A stretch of 63,700 nucleotides of DNA, filler included, from Licmophora abbreviata (taxonomy: Eukaryota), in assembly GCA_900291995.1 (NCBI GenBank). It is 11 parts of 11 records of this genome, joined end to end, with 100 filler letters (N's around TTAATTAATTAA, not from the genome) between each part and the next. Parts side by side here need not be neighbours in the genome. Positions count along the whole stretch, not along the records: positions 1 to 30,723 come from OLMU01003012.1; positions 30,824 to 32,455 come from OLMU01003021.1; positions 32,556 to 35,364 come from OLMU01003022.1; 8 more parts are not named here. One strand, written 5' to 3'. Numbering within the stretch: position 1 is the first letter of the stretch; each line of letters begins with the position of its first letter. The notes under the pieces are model-generated. The model did not search any database. It was given only the letters and a program-made list of their open reading frames with translations, and had not been told where the DNA came from. This document shows, in pieces, positions 22,588 to 34,014 of the stretch. Position numbers and translations under genes: made by a program.

Positions 22588-23676
22588 ATGATGCGTCGGA
22601 TCTTCTTCCCCGTCATCAGCGTCCTGTTACTACGGGTCGAAGCCTCCAATGCGTTGGCAGGCACTGGGTTCGGGACCCAGGCCAGGAAAACTACGCCCTC
22701 GTACACTCCTGATCAGTCACCGACGACTCAAGCGCTCGCGGAGTTCCTCAACTCGCAAATGTCGCAAGGCATCGGCGACAAGACGCAAATTGGCTATTCT
22801 GATTCTGGGATGCGAGGAATGTACGCGGCGAGACCTTTCAAGAAAGGCGAGATTCTGTGTCAGATTCCTTCCGACTGTGCACTGGCGCTGTCGGATCCAT
22901 CACTTGGAGGATCCGATGCCCCCACATTGGCTCATGGAGGACGAAACTTCCTCGTCATGTACGAGAAAGATCCGCAGGCCAAACAAATGTGGACACCCTA
23001 CTTGAACACTCTACCGACTCGTGATTCTCTCTTTGATCCGACTCCCGATTTCTACTCCCCGCAAGACCTAGAGCAACTCGAGTTTCCTCGTATCGTTCAA
23101 CAAGCGCAAGAACGACAAGCCCGTATTCGAGAAGTAGCGCGAGGAGAAGAAGCTTTCTCAGAAGACGAGCTGCGGTTTGCCACATGGCTGGTGTCTTCTC
23201 GGTGCTTTAGTATTCAAATCACGGCTGGCGATGACGGCGACGCGGCGCCCTCCACGGACGAAATGGGTCGAACGATTGCCAAACCACAAAAGAACATTCG
23301 AGTGCTGCTTCCGTATTTGGACATGATCAATCATTCTTCCAATCAGGCGAATGCCGAGCTACACTTGATTGACCCGGAAAAGGACGAAGCCTGGTTTGCG
23401 ATTCGGGCGACGCGCAAGATTCCAGCCGGCAAGGAGGTCACGATAAGCTACGGAAGTGGAGTAGACTCGTCAGTCGAGTTGCTGTTGAAGTATGGGTTTG
23501 TACCATCCGAGAACAAGTTCGACTCCTTCATGCTCAAGAAAGGAGGGGACGATACGATTGGCGACTTGGGTGGATGGAATACAACTTTGGAAGAGGACAT
23601 GGCAGCTTTCGAAACTGCTGAGGGTGTCATGCGCACCATTCTCGCCTTTCGAATTAAGCTTAAGCAGGCGTATTGA
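22588..23676 (+). CDS. SET-domain lysine methyltransferase (Rubisco LSMT-like), probably plastid-targeted
   Basis: GMRGMYA..F.KGE, LLPYLDMINHSS, GKEVTISYG, LLKYGF; signal peptide ending in ASNA-L. Confidence 0.88.
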   Translation: MMRRIFFPVISVLLLRVEASNALAGTGFGTQARKTTPSYTPDQSPTTQALAEFLNSQMSQGIGDKTQIGYSDSGMRGMYAARPFKKGEILCQIPSDCALALSDPSLGGSDAPTLAHGGRNFLVMYEKDPQAKQMWTPYLNTLPTRDSLFDPTPDFYSPQDLEQLEFPRIVQQAQERQARIREVARGEEAFSEDELRFATWLVSSRCFSIQITAGDDGDAAPSTDEMGRTIAKPQKNIRVLLPYLDMINHSSNQANAELHLIDPEKDEAWFAIRATRKIPAGKEVTISYGSGVDSSVELLLKYGFVPSENKFDSFMLKKGGDDTIGDLGGWNTTLEEDMAAFETAEGVMRTILAFRIKLKQAY

Positions 23677-23970
23677 TTGGTATCCTTGGATTGACGCGAT
23701 AAAGCATTGAAAGGTATCGTTTTGCGGCAACTCCTCCATCAGATTGGCTGTGGCTATAGATACATAGATGTCGTCGATTTCAGCTTTCTCGCGTAATAGA
23801 AACACCTCTACGAGCTCTAGAAAGAAAGGTCCGTCTGCCCCCCCCCCTCCCCAACGCACGCAAACGAAACACAACAACTCTTCTCGACGCCGCGCCGACG
23901 CGAAGACGACAAAACCTGGTAAGAACTATTCACGTTTCTGTCCCCCTCTGCAGCTCTGTCCCTCAGTATC

Positions 23971-25160
23971 ATGATTGTAAAAGGCTTACTCTTGGCGGTA
24001 GGATGGTTGATTTGCGCCGCGACGGCGAAACACGACGAGTTCGTGATCTTGGACGGTCACAAGGTGGAGAATGCCTATTCTTCGCCGCTTCCGTACACAT
24101 ACATTGACCCGGAGGACCTTCCCGACTCCTTTGCGTGGGGAAACGTGAACGGCACTTCCTATCTGACCAAGTCTCTCAACCAGCATATTCCTCAGTACTG
24201 CGGATCGTGCTGGGCGCACGGTGCGTTGAGTGCACTGTCAGATCGAATCAAGATTGCTCGCAACGCCGAAGGCGAAGAAGTGAACTTGAGTGTTCAGTAT
24301 GTCTTGAACTGTGGAGGGAGCATTGCGGGAAGCTGCCACGGAGGATCGCACACAGGCGTGTACGAGTTTATTCAACGAAAAGGATTCATTCCGTATGATA
24401 CGTGCCTTCCTTACATGGCTTGCAGTTCGGAGAGCACCGAGGGTTTCTGCGAACACGTCGATACGACATGCAGTGCCATCAACACGTGCCGTACTTGCGA
24501 TACGTTTGCAGGAATGGGCGGAAGTTGCGCCGAAATCGACGTCTTTCCCAACTCAACGGTTAGTGAATACGGTACTTACTATCTCTTTACTCCCGATCGC
24601 ATCCACAAGATCAAAGCCGAGATCTTCGCTCGTGGACCCGTTGCCGCTGGGGTCAATGCTGAACCTCTGGTCCAGTATGAAGGCGGGATCGTCAAAGACA
24701 AGGCAGTGTGGAACATGATGGTGAATCACATTGTTAGTATTGTCGGGTGGGGGACGGAAGAAGAGACAGGCGAGCAGTATTGGATCGTTCGCAACAGTTG
24801 GGGGCAATGTGAGTATACTTTATGGGAGACAGACCCAACAGTACAGAAAGAGCTCGGCGGGCTATGTCGACGAATCCGATACTCACAAACCTTGGGTTCT
24901 TGATACCTTCTTTTTCAGATTGGGGTGAGCTCGGATACTTTCGCATTCTGATGGGACACAACTCGCTCGGTATTGAGAGTACAGTGGCTTGGGCGACGCC
25001 CGGTGTTTACACGGTCAAGAACTATCCGTGCGATGAGGACGGAGGCAACTGTGGATCTGGCATCGGAGCGGAACTGTATATTGATCCTTCCGAAAATGTG
25101 GAAGCGGTCCAGAAGCGTCTTCAGGGGAAGGCAGTAGACAGTCGTCTTTGTTGTACATAG
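23971..25160 (+). CDS. Cathepsin Z/X-like cysteine peptidase, copy 2; 2 exons
   Basis: Signal peptide; NQHIPQYCGSCWAHG; NHIVSIVGWG. Removing intron 24809-24918 restores RNSWGQYWGELG. Confidence 0.92.
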
Positions 25161-25353
25161 GATAATATGAATCGAAGTGCATGAGCACAAGAATTGTAAT
25201 TCATAAGAAGTCAACAGAATCTTTGTCTATCATGGTGATTAACTTCCTGTAAGGAAAATATTGTGCAAAAATGCAAGGGCAGTGCGTCGATTCTATCTAC
25301 ATGCATGCATGCGACGCGTTCTTCAGAGCTGTGTACAAAAAACTCTCAGAATC

Positions 25354-26799
25354 TCACTCCTCCTTGGAGAAGATGTTCTTGACTTGGTCCATCACGCCCT
25401 CCATGACTTCATCAAGCTTGCTCGCCGGAAGAAACATGTCAGTGACTTGCCGCTCTCGCTTAATACGGTTCACTTCCTCAATGGCGCTCCGAATCTCCGT
25501 CTTGCTGTATCCCGCCGTCTTGAGGAGCAAGTACTTGCGCATGTTGTAACTCAACAGCAGCTGACGCGGGCTCCGTTTCGGAAGGGACGACCGTGTCTGT
25601 TCGTATTTATCGACTGTGACAACGGCTGCATCTCGATATTCCCATCCTAGCGAAATGGGCGGTCCAAACGACACACTAGGATTGTCGCCCAACGATACAT
25701 CGTATTCGCGGATACTCAAATTGGAAAACGACACGCTTGGTTTCATACCACAACAGCTGGAAGTAGTATCGCCCGTGGTCTTCTGATTAGATGCTTGGCC
25801 GACAAAAGACGACATCTTCTTAAGCGATGGCTTGCGAGGAAATATACCAGATGGCTGTCGGGTAGGAAGCGAGTTCGCCCTATCCTGTTTTTGTAGTTTG
25901 ACAAATTCCTTGTCGTCATATCGCGATGAGGAAGACGACGCGAGGGAAGGTGTTGTCGGCGTTGGTGGAGGAGGAATCGTGCCCTTGGAAGGCGTCGTGG
26001 GGAAGGCAGCGATGCACCTGGGGGAAGATTGGAGGGCCGTGCCTGCATGAGACTTGTGCTGTCCAAAGAACGACGCGAGGGCATCGGCCGCTTGTTGCCG
26101 GCGAGCCTGCTCTTGTTGCTGCCCCGGAGGCGCGTTGTGAGCTCTTGTCCTATCCCGAACGCTCCTTCTACTCTTTTCGGTGGAAAGTTCCTCTTCGGCT
26201 GGTTTTTCAGCTTGGGCACGTTCCAGTCGTCGCGTCGCAAACCGCTTGGTCTCGGCAGGGGAGCCGGAGGGAGGAAGCAGAGTCCTGAGCACTTCTGACG
26301 GATAAAAGTGGATCTCCTGCGGCGTCTCCTTAGCCGTGTCAGATCGCTCGTCATCCGTCTCATCGTCTTCGGGGATGTAAAAATCATCGACGTCGGCGCC
26401 CTCTTCTTCGGAGGACGAAGCGCTGGAAATGCTAAAGGTGTCTTCTGATTCGAGTGAAGACGAAGTCATCCATTCACCTTGCTTGGGCATGGACATGCTT
26501 CGATGCAGTCCCATCGAAAAGACTCTCACAGCATGATACCCCATCCCTCCGGTGGTGCTGTACTTCGTCTGCTCAACATCGTCGCTGTCCACCGGCGGTG
26601 ACGACGATGGTTGGTCATTGCCGCCGCTACCAGTACTACTGCTGAGAGCATCGTCGAGAGCTTGAATATCTTCCAGCTCGCCCAGATCGGGAAGTGATAA
26701 GGATCTCACGACCTCTGACCTAACCATGAGAGAATCGTCCATGTTTCGCGTCCTGAGAGAGTCGGCGGGGGCAGCTACGGGTCCGAATTCTGATCCCAT
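25354..26799 (-). CDS. Ser/acidic low-complexity protein with a C-terminal 'VSF..IREY...LGDNPSVS.GPPISLGW' motif
   Basis: Long ORF; first plausible ATG at 26799. The motif is one I recognise as recurrent in uncharacterised stramenopile proteins (CSRNP-N-like). Confidence 0.65.
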   Translation of the reverse strand: MGSEFGPVAAPADSLRTRNMDDSLMVRSEVVRSLSLPDLGELEDIQALDDALSSSTGSGGNDQPSSSPPVDSDDVEQTKYSTTGGMGYHAVRVFSMGLHRSMSMPKQGEWMTSSSLESEDTFSISSASSSEEEGADVDDFYIPEDDETDDERSDTAKETPQEIHFYPSEVLRTLLPPSGSPAETKRFATRRLERAQAEKPAEEELSTEKSRRSVRDRTRAHNAPPGQQQEQARRQQAADALASFFGQHKSHAGTALQSSPRCIAAFPTTPSKGTIPPPPTPTTPSLASSSSSRYDDKEFVKLQKQDRANSLPTRQPSGIFPRKPSLKKMSSFVGQASNQKTTGDTTSSCCGMKPSVSFSNLSIREYDVSLGDNPSVSFGPPISLGWEYRDAAVVTVDKYEQTRSSLPKRSPRQLLLSYNMRKYLLLKTAGYSKTEIRSAIEEVNRIKRERQVTDMFLPASKLDEVMEGVMDQVKNIFSKEE

Positions 26800-27086
26800 G
26801 GTCACTCTGCCGATATGGCGCGCAAGAGGAAAAACAAGAAGACGCACGCAAGCCGGGATCCGAATTCGGGTTCGCAAATCTCAGTTTCCAGCCATCTGAT
26901 TGGTCCGTCATGCTGAACACACCCGGAAAGTGTGGAGGATGAAGGGAAGGAATCAGGAGTTTCACGATTCAACTTGAAGTACTTGGTTCCGCGACTCGAC
27001 TCATTCGATTCGACACAACGCATCGTCGCAGAACTTTTTTCGAGAAGCGCATAGCAAACAAGACAACATCAGGCTTAACCACGACG

Positions 27087-28485
27087 ATGCTTCGTTCGGC
27101 TGTTTTGTTCTTGGTGGCGTCGCTCGCGACTGCGGGAGCAGAGCGCTTCAATGAAATCAAGGTGAGGAAGGAAAGGACGTTTTAAAAGGATAGAAATTGA
27201 TGGTGAACTTGTTGGAACACGCAAATTGCCAAATTCCGATGACTGACGCCAGACTTCATGTCTTTGTGTCTACGATACGACTCGATTATTTCTTTCCTCA
27301 AAGTGGAATCTCTCTTTAGTGGCATGCTCATACAATTTTTCTTACTTCTCCCGCTTCTATCTCATTACAGAGATTGGAAGGCCATACCGTCTTGGAAGAT
27401 TTCGAACTTCCCTTGCCACACACGTACGTTGATCCTGCGGCGCTCCCCGATTCCTTCACCTGGGGCGACGTCAACGGCACTTCCTACTTGACACACTCTT
27501 TAAACCAGCACATTCCACAATACTGTGGCTCCTGCTGGGCGCATGGAGCCTTGAGTTCCTTCGCGGATCGCATCAAGATTGCGCGCGGCGCACAGGGCGA
27601 TGATATCAATCTATCGATTCAGTTCATTCTCAACTGTGGCAGCGGCATGGCTGGATCCTGCTACGGAGGCTACCACACGGGAGTCTACGAATTCATTAAA
27701 AAGAGGGGATATGTCCCCTATGACACCTGTCAGCCGTATCTCGCCTGCAGCTCCGACTCCAAGGAAGGTTTCTGCGCCCACATCGATACGACCTGCACCA
27801 GCGAGAACACCTGCAAGACTTGCGATACCTTTGGAAGCTTGGGAGGAGGTTGCTCGGAGATTGACGTCTTTCCCAATGCCACGGTCAGCGAGTATGGTAT
27901 GGTTCCCGCAGGAGATGTTGACGCCATCATGGCCGAGATCTACGCGCGTGGTCCTGTCGCCGCCACAATCAATGCTGAGCCCATTGTGGGATACCGCGGA
28001 GGCATCTTCGACGATGAATCGTATTCCACGCAGACCAATCACATTGTCTCCATTGTCGGATGGGGAATCGATGAAGAGACTGGAAGCAAGCACTGGATTA
28101 TTCGTAACTCGTGGGGTGAATGTAAGTGGACGATTGTGGACTCGAGGACTCGGCACGTGGCGTTCTGTGCTGCCGATAACCCGCACAGCGCAATCTGACA
28201 CGACCACCTCAACCTACTTTTCTATCCTGGTACATAGATTGGGGTGAGATGGGCTTCATGAAGCTCGAGATGGGCAAGAACTTGCTCGGTATTGAGGGAG
28301 AAATTGCGTGGGTGACTCCTGGAGGCTTCACGGTGGAGAACTACCCGTGTGACGAAGATGGCAAGAACTGTGTCTTTGAATTGGGCGCACAGCACTTCAT
28401 TGATCCCTCGTCAGACATTGAGGCGGTTCAGCGGCGCCTCCACGCCGAGCCCAAGAGAAGTCGCCGTCGTCATGTTCGTGCTTGA
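27087..28485 (+). CDS. Cathepsin Z/X-like cysteine peptidase, copy 3; 3 exons
   Basis: Exon 1 MLRSAVLFLVASLATAGAERFNEIK (signal peptide); introns 27162-27370 and 28122-28237; NQHIPQYCGSCWAHG, NHIVSIVGWG, RNSWGEYWGEMG. Confidence 0.92.
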
Positions 28486-28671
28486 GATCGGTCGATATCC
28501 TCGTTGCGTCAGTATTGTGATGGCTTTCGAATTATCGGTGTGGAGCAGCCTCGTTTCATCGATATTACGGTCTTGTACAGAACATACGAATAAAGCCAAT
28601 CAGTAAGACCAATTTCCAGTGTTTCAAAAGCGCTATTACCACTTTAGGTCTAATCGCGACATGCAGTCGCT

Positions 28672-30480
28672 TTAAAAGTCAAACGTGAGTCCCTCGACGA
28701 AAACGCCATGGAGGGCGTAGGGGATGTACGTAGGCAGCTGCATCCTTGCGACCGGGCCAGCTTCCAAGCTTCCCTTGCCTTCGACATCCAAAATCACAAG
28801 ATCAGCCGTCAAGTCAAGTCCGTTGTGAACGTACACGACCAGGTATCCTTTATCCTCCTGACCCGGCTGGGTAACATCGACACCCTTCTTTGGTACAAAA
28901 CTCGGCTCGCCCACAAATTCATGCGGCAGAAAGGAGTAAGACTCCGTGTTTCCCGTCTCTTCAGTGTCTACCTTTAAGATGGCGCCGGCAATGCCCGAAC
29001 CCCTCCCCGTGTCGGGATCAGGCTTGAACTCCTGGTGAGCACCGACGGCGTAAGCATATCGATGCTTTCGGGTAGACAGTTCCTTCGGTACCGACGGAAA
29101 CTCAGCGGCCCTCACCACGATGTCTTTCGGCAATGCTGTCATTTGTTGCGATTCTGGATTAACTGTGAAGCGAACGTATTTAGTAGCGCTCGTGTCCTTA
29201 TCCCAGTCGACCGACTCCCATACGGGTTGATCTTGCGGCATATTTGCCCCAGTTACCGCGTAGTCCATACACACCATGTCGATGACCACATCGCCACTCT
29301 CCGTCTCGTATGCGTTCGAGCAATGAAAGCTAAAATGATAAGGCACTTTGACGACTCTGACACGACTGTCCTTGCCGACTTTCATGCCAGCTGCCGTTCC
29401 TTTCTTAAGATTTTTGGCACGTGGCACCAAGACTATCAACGTTTCGTCTGCATCATTGTCGAAATCTACGACTCCCGCAAACGCTCCCATTCCAAAGAGC
29501 GCCTTTAATGCAGCTTTGTTGTTGATCGACGCTGGAGGCAACGAAAAGATCATCCAGTTCTCTGTGAGAGCATAATCATGAGTCAGGCCTGTTCCATCAA
29601 ATACGATCGACATTTCGTCGGATCGCGTCGACTTCATGTTCGCATCCATCTCGTACAAGGTGATTTTGGTATTGCCTTCAGCAGGATCTAGCTTTGCACC
29701 AAAACTGACATAGTGACCGGTCACTGGATCATATCGATAGTGTGCAGCAAAGACGTCGTCTTCCTTCAAGAGTCCACCGAGATCGGTTCCTTTCGGCTCG
29801 CCCATGACATCGTTTTCCAGTGTCAATGGATCCAGCTTGTGAGGCCATCCTGCTTCCCACAGGGCATAGAGCGCTCCATCGCTATACAAGACATGGGTAT
29901 TGGCAACATTCTTAAAATCTGTTCGAAAAAGGTTCTTGAAGAATCCCCCCGAAACTTTGGTTCCAAACACACCGGGCATGGTCATCGTCCCCGTGGCCTT
30001 GTCCTGGACATAGCCGTAGGTGCGAACAAAACGATTGCGAAAGAGAATTCGCTTGGAATCTGGGTCAAAGGTTATGGCCGACACCAAACCGTCTCCGTCA
30101 AACATGTGCTGGATTCGGATTCCGTCGTCTGACTCGAAGCGGCCGTGCCCATTTCGGTAGTAGGTTCCTGTTGGAAAGTCCGACGGAAGGTCCTGAAAGT
30201 CCAGAGCCGTCGGCGTCAGTTCCTCTGGACACGAGGAGAAACCAGCCTTCCAAGCCTCATTGTCGTGGCCAGATTTACTCAGCGGTCGATCGGATATGGT
30301 TTTGTCACTCGCAGTGGTGGAAGCCGTGGTGGAATCGACGGCGGATGACAGAAAGCGTTGTGACTTCGTACTCATTGTAGTTTTGGGTCTCGATCCACTG
30401 CTGCCCCCGGTCGTTACCCATGCTTGGCACGACGCACAGCATAGTAGGACGGCAGGAACTGACGATGGAAGGATTTTCAT
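28672..30480 (-). CDS. Carotenoid oxygenase / RPE65 family (apocarotenoid or carotenoid cleavage dioxygenase), plastid-targeted
   Basis: GTYYRNG, HMFDGDG, NVANT, ALWEAG; four candidate Fe-ligand His (FAAHY, LTHDY, FHCSNAYE, ALHG); EFPS and GEPSFVP. Bipartite presequence CQA-W from ATG 30480. Confidence 0.92.
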   Translation of the reverse strand: MKILPSSVPAVLLCCASCQAWVTTGGSSGSRPKTTMSTKSQRFLSSAVDSTTASTTASDKTISDRPLSKSGHDNEAWKAGFSSCPEELTPTALDFQDLPSDFPTGTYYRNGHGRFESDDGIRIQHMFDGDGLVSAITFDPDSKRILFRNRFVRTYGYVQDKATGTMTMPGVFGTKVSGGFFKNLFRTDFKNVANTHVLYSDGALYALWEAGWPHKLDPLTLENDVMGEPKGTDLGGLLKEDDVFAAHYRYDPVTGHYVSFGAKLDPAEGNTKITLYEMDANMKSTRSDEMSIVFDGTGLTHDYALTENWMIFSLPPASINNKAALKALFGMGAFAGVVDFDNDADETLIVLVPRAKNLKKGTAAGMKVGKDSRVRVVKVPYHFSFHCSNAYETESGDVVIDMVCMDYAVTGANMPQDQPVWESVDWDKDTSATKYVRFTVNPESQQMTALPKDIVVRAAEFPSVPKELSTRKHRYAYAVGAHQEFKPDPDTGRGSGIAGAILKVDTEETGNTESYSFLPHEFVGEPSFVPKKGVDVTQPGQEDKGYLVVYVHNGLDLTADLVILDVEGKGSLEAGPVARMQLPTYIPYALHGVFVEGLTFDF

Positions 30481-30650
30481 GGTAGACCTTGTAGCGGTGT
30501 TTGCGTCGGTGCGATGTGACAACGAACGATGCTGAGCTATAGTCTAGAGGCGATGATGACGATGCTGATGAGACTGACGCGGTGATACAGCTGTGGCCCT
30601 TTTTCGTCGTGTCGTCGCGCGTGATAGGTGTCTCGTGTGAATGTGCCCGG

Positions 30651-30723
30651 AGTCGACTCGACTCGACTCACTCGACTCCAGTCTATCGAGTGACTGATGA
30701 CTCGACTCGCGTGACTCGACTCG
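30651..30723. repeat. Imperfect pentanucleotide tandem repeat (GACTC)n running into a gap
   Basis: agtcgactcgactcgactcactcgactc...gactcgactcgcgtgactcgactcg, read directly from the sequence. Confidence 0.85.
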
Positions 30724-30823
30724 NNNNNNNNNNNNNNNNNNNNNNNNNNNNNNNNNNNNNNNNNNNNTTAATTAATTAANNNNNNNNNNNNNNNNNNNNN
30801 NNNNNNNNNNNNNNNNNNNNNNN
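30724..30823. other. Artificial scaffold-gap linker (N44-TTAATTAATTAA-N44); first of ten
   Basis: Identical 100-bp linkers also occur at 32456-32555, 35365-35464, 40813-40912, 43442-43541, 45808-45907, 51305-51404, 56804-56903, 60453-60552 and 62146-62245. The core gives stop codons in all six frames. Confidence 0.97.
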
Positions 30824-31018
30824 CACGACCAACGCAACGATGAGTCACTGTGATCTACGTAGAAATCAAGTAGAAGACATACGGAACGTGCGTCGAACTT
30901 TTCCCGCCACCTCGACCCATCACACATCATTACACAATGCGTTGTCCGACCGCCATAGCTATCACTTCTGCTGCTGTCATTATTGTCTATTGCATCAGTG
31001 TTCGCTCACTATAGGACC

Positions 31019-32023
31019 ATGATGAACAACACGCCCAAGCCCCTACCTGTGATCGCCCCTTACGGCGAGAATGCCGTTGAAGTGGAGAATTTGAGCTTCG
31101 CTTACGACACAAATCCCGACTCTCCAATTCTTCAGAATCTCAATCTCTCACTCCCCACTGGATCGCGCTGTCTGTTGATCGGCGCCAACGGAAGTGGAAA
31201 GTCGACGCTGCTTCGGATCCTTGGAGGTCGTCACTTGGCCAAGCCCGATGGCTGCGTGCGTGTCTTGGGCCTCAACGCCTTCCGCGAGACGAAACTCAAC
31301 TTTCATCGTGCGTACTTGGACTGCGACTGGGGCATGCGAACGGTCGCGTTTGCTGGAGCCGGCGTCCCACTCATGGCTGACATTCCCGTCCATGGTATGA
31401 TGCAGAAGCTTCAGAGCTCATATCCGGAACGCCGTGATGAGCTTGTCGAGATGCTGGGCATCGACTTGAACTGGCGCATGCACCAGCTCAGTGATGGACA
31501 GAGGCGGCGTGTGCAGATCTTGATTGGACTCATTCGTCCATTCAAGATTCTACTATTGGATGAAATCACCACCAGTCTGGATGTGTGTGTTCGACAAGAT
31601 CTCCTACGTTGGTTGGTGCGCGAGAGCGATGAGCGCGGTGCCACGATTCTCTATGCCACTCATATCTTTGATGGGCTCGACGATTGGGCAACGCATTTGC
31701 ACTATCTTACCGACAGTGGCACGTGTGGATGGCAGGGAAGGCTCGAAGATCTTGAGAACTATCGGAGGCTCAAAGAAGAGAATCATCCTGCCAAAATGTT
31801 GGCGATTGCGGATTACTGGTTGCGCAAGGAGTTGGAGCGTAACCGAAAGGCTCGTCGCTTTGAAAAGGCGCAGGGTGAGTTGTCCCACGCAGCGGACCCA
31901 ACGGACAACCATGGAGGCTTCTCGAGTGGAAGAAACATTAAAATTGAGAGCCAGCCGATCAAGCGGAAAGGTCGTCTCAGCGATATGATGGGCAACAGCG
32001 GCGTTTTGGCCAAACATGGATAG
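31019..32023 (+). CDS. Soluble ABC ATPase, CAF16/ABCI19-21-like
   Basis: Walker A GANGSGKST, signature LSDGQRRRVQI, Walker B LLLDE, YATHIFDGL; no transmembrane domain. Confidence 0.88.
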   Translation: MMNNTPKPLPVIAPYGENAVEVENLSFAYDTNPDSPILQNLNLSLPTGSRCLLIGANGSGKSTLLRILGGRHLAKPDGCVRVLGLNAFRETKLNFHRAYLDCDWGMRTVAFAGAGVPLMADIPVHGMMQKLQSSYPERRDELVEMLGIDLNWRMHQLSDGQRRRVQILIGLIRPFKILLLDEITTSLDVCVRQDLLRWLVRESDERGATILYATHIFDGLDDWATHLHYLTDSGTCGWQGRLEDLENYRRLKEENHPAKMLAIADYWLRKELERNRKARRFEKAQGELSHAADPTDNHGGFSSGRNIKIESQPIKRKGRLSDMMGNSGVLAKHG

Positions 32024-32148
32024 ATGTAAGAGCTAGTATAGTACGTGATATTGCATCGCAACGACTACCAGTGTTCGTCGTACTACAGCGAGCACATGCA
32101 ACTTGTTCTCCACCAGTGACACTCACGTCACAGCAAATTTTATCAAGA

Positions 32149-33800
32149 CTATGGATTCGACACAGCAGGAGTCTCCGGCACCTCCGTTGCTGGGGCTTCG
32201 CTTTTGCTTTCAGCCTTGATCCTCCACGATATGATGAAGCGCCGGTTTTCTCGTATCCACGTGCCAAACGTTAGACAAGACGTAAAGAAAGTACCCCAGA
32301 TTCCAAAGTACGGGTTGCTGTGATGGAGACAAAAAGGGAACACAGTGAGATGCAGTACCAGGCACTCCTGTACCCATTGTTACCTCCTATGATTCTTCTA
32401 CTGACCTAGGACCATTAAAGAGGCCCGTGACACCCGTGTATTCCAGAAGGAGCCANNNNNNNNNNNNNNNNNNNNNNNNNNNNNNNNNNNNNNNNNNNNT
32501 TAATTAATTAANNNNNNNNNNNNNNNNNNNNNNNNNNNNNNNNNNNNNNNNNNNNCATGAAAGAAACGATCAGGGCGAGGGCAATACACCCCTCAATCTG
32601 ACGCCAATCGAACGACAGATTAAATCCACCGCATAGCTTGACCTCCCATTCGCAGGTGGCGTAGCAGTTCCCAAGCAAAGCCGCAAGACACGCGGCAAAC
32701 GACGACCAGGCCGTGACAATTCCAATGCGCCAGTCTTTCGTACTAATTGCGTCTCCAAACTGGTCTTCTTCAATGTATTGCCTATTGCTCCAGTACTCCA
32801 CTGAAGATATAGCTGTAATGAAGGTAAACACAGCTGTGCCGAGCCAGTTGTAGGACGTCTCTCGTCGGAAGGCAGCCACTTTTTCTTCCAGTGTCGGCAA
32901 GTCGGCTCCCACGCGCCAAATATTGTAGTTCATGGCCGTCGAGACCAACGCGATCCAGCTGACAAAATAGACATTAGCCTGTACTTCTCCTACGCTGAAG
33001 GAACTGGTGGAAATGTAGACAGTTCCGGTCCAGAACAAGAGCAGAAAATAAAGTAGACCACGCTCGTACTGACTGCCATCCTGAAATACATTCCTCCAGA
33101 CATTGGGGAACAAAAAGGTGTCAAAGTGTACCAAGACAATCAGAAGGGATATCAGCAGTCCAACAGAGCTGAGAATAATGGCAGAATCGAGCTTCCAGGA
33201 TAAGACGGGATCGCCAAAGACTTGGTCAAGCTCATCATCGTCTTGTTCGCCATCGTCAGTAATATTGGTGTCAGTCTCGTTGCCACCTGTATTCATTTCC
33301 TCCTCGTCCAAAGCTCGAAAGACATTCGCGATGTCATTCGCTTCACGCTCCTTGTAAAATTGTACCATCGCCACAAAGAGCACCAAACTTGACATGCAGA
33401 TATACATATAACCAATCAAACGTGACGAACTTCGAATGTCAGTCGACAGTTCTCTCTGTTGCAAGACCGACTCGCGCAGCTCTGCGGATGACGATCCAGC
33501 AGCAGCAGCGGCGGCATTGATAGTGTCGGATCCTTCCAGGCTTTTTCGAAGGATGGATGACTTGAAACGAAAGCTAGATCGACGATCACCGCCCCTCGTA
33601 GGGTCTGAGCGGGGAGTACCGATCCGTGTTGGTGACGTCGCGCCTTGGTCGGCGCCAATGGTGTCGCCGCTGGTGGGATCATGGTGATGGAGCGAGTTCG
33701 TCGTAACGAGGAAAGCTCTGTGCTCGATAGGATTATCAGCGGGGGGAGGCCTTACAGCGGGGGAGCTCGGGGCATCCCTCAAGAAGATACGGGTCGGCAT
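32149..33800 (-). CDS. Multi-pass membrane protein of unknown function, spanning the 32456-32555 gap
   Basis: About 7-8 hydrophobic segments with a repeated N-x-Y-F-x-x-W motif (ANVYFVSW, SNPYFGIW). After the gap, WLLLEYTGVTGLFNGP joins the last exon via intron 32318-32405. Confidence 0.7.
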
Positions 33801-34014
33801 GATGGAGATATACAAAAGAAATGGCGACTAAGTACGACAATACTAAAGGCATCAGATTTGAGATTGTGCTCACTTCTCTCGCGTCGCCGGCCGAATTCTG
33901 AAGCGGGTTACAACGCGCAGTCGACTTCACGGTATCTTTTGTGGTCATCACAAACCGCGCGCGACACATGCTCTGCCCCTGCACAACAACATCAATTTTT
34001 GCCAGGCGACGACG

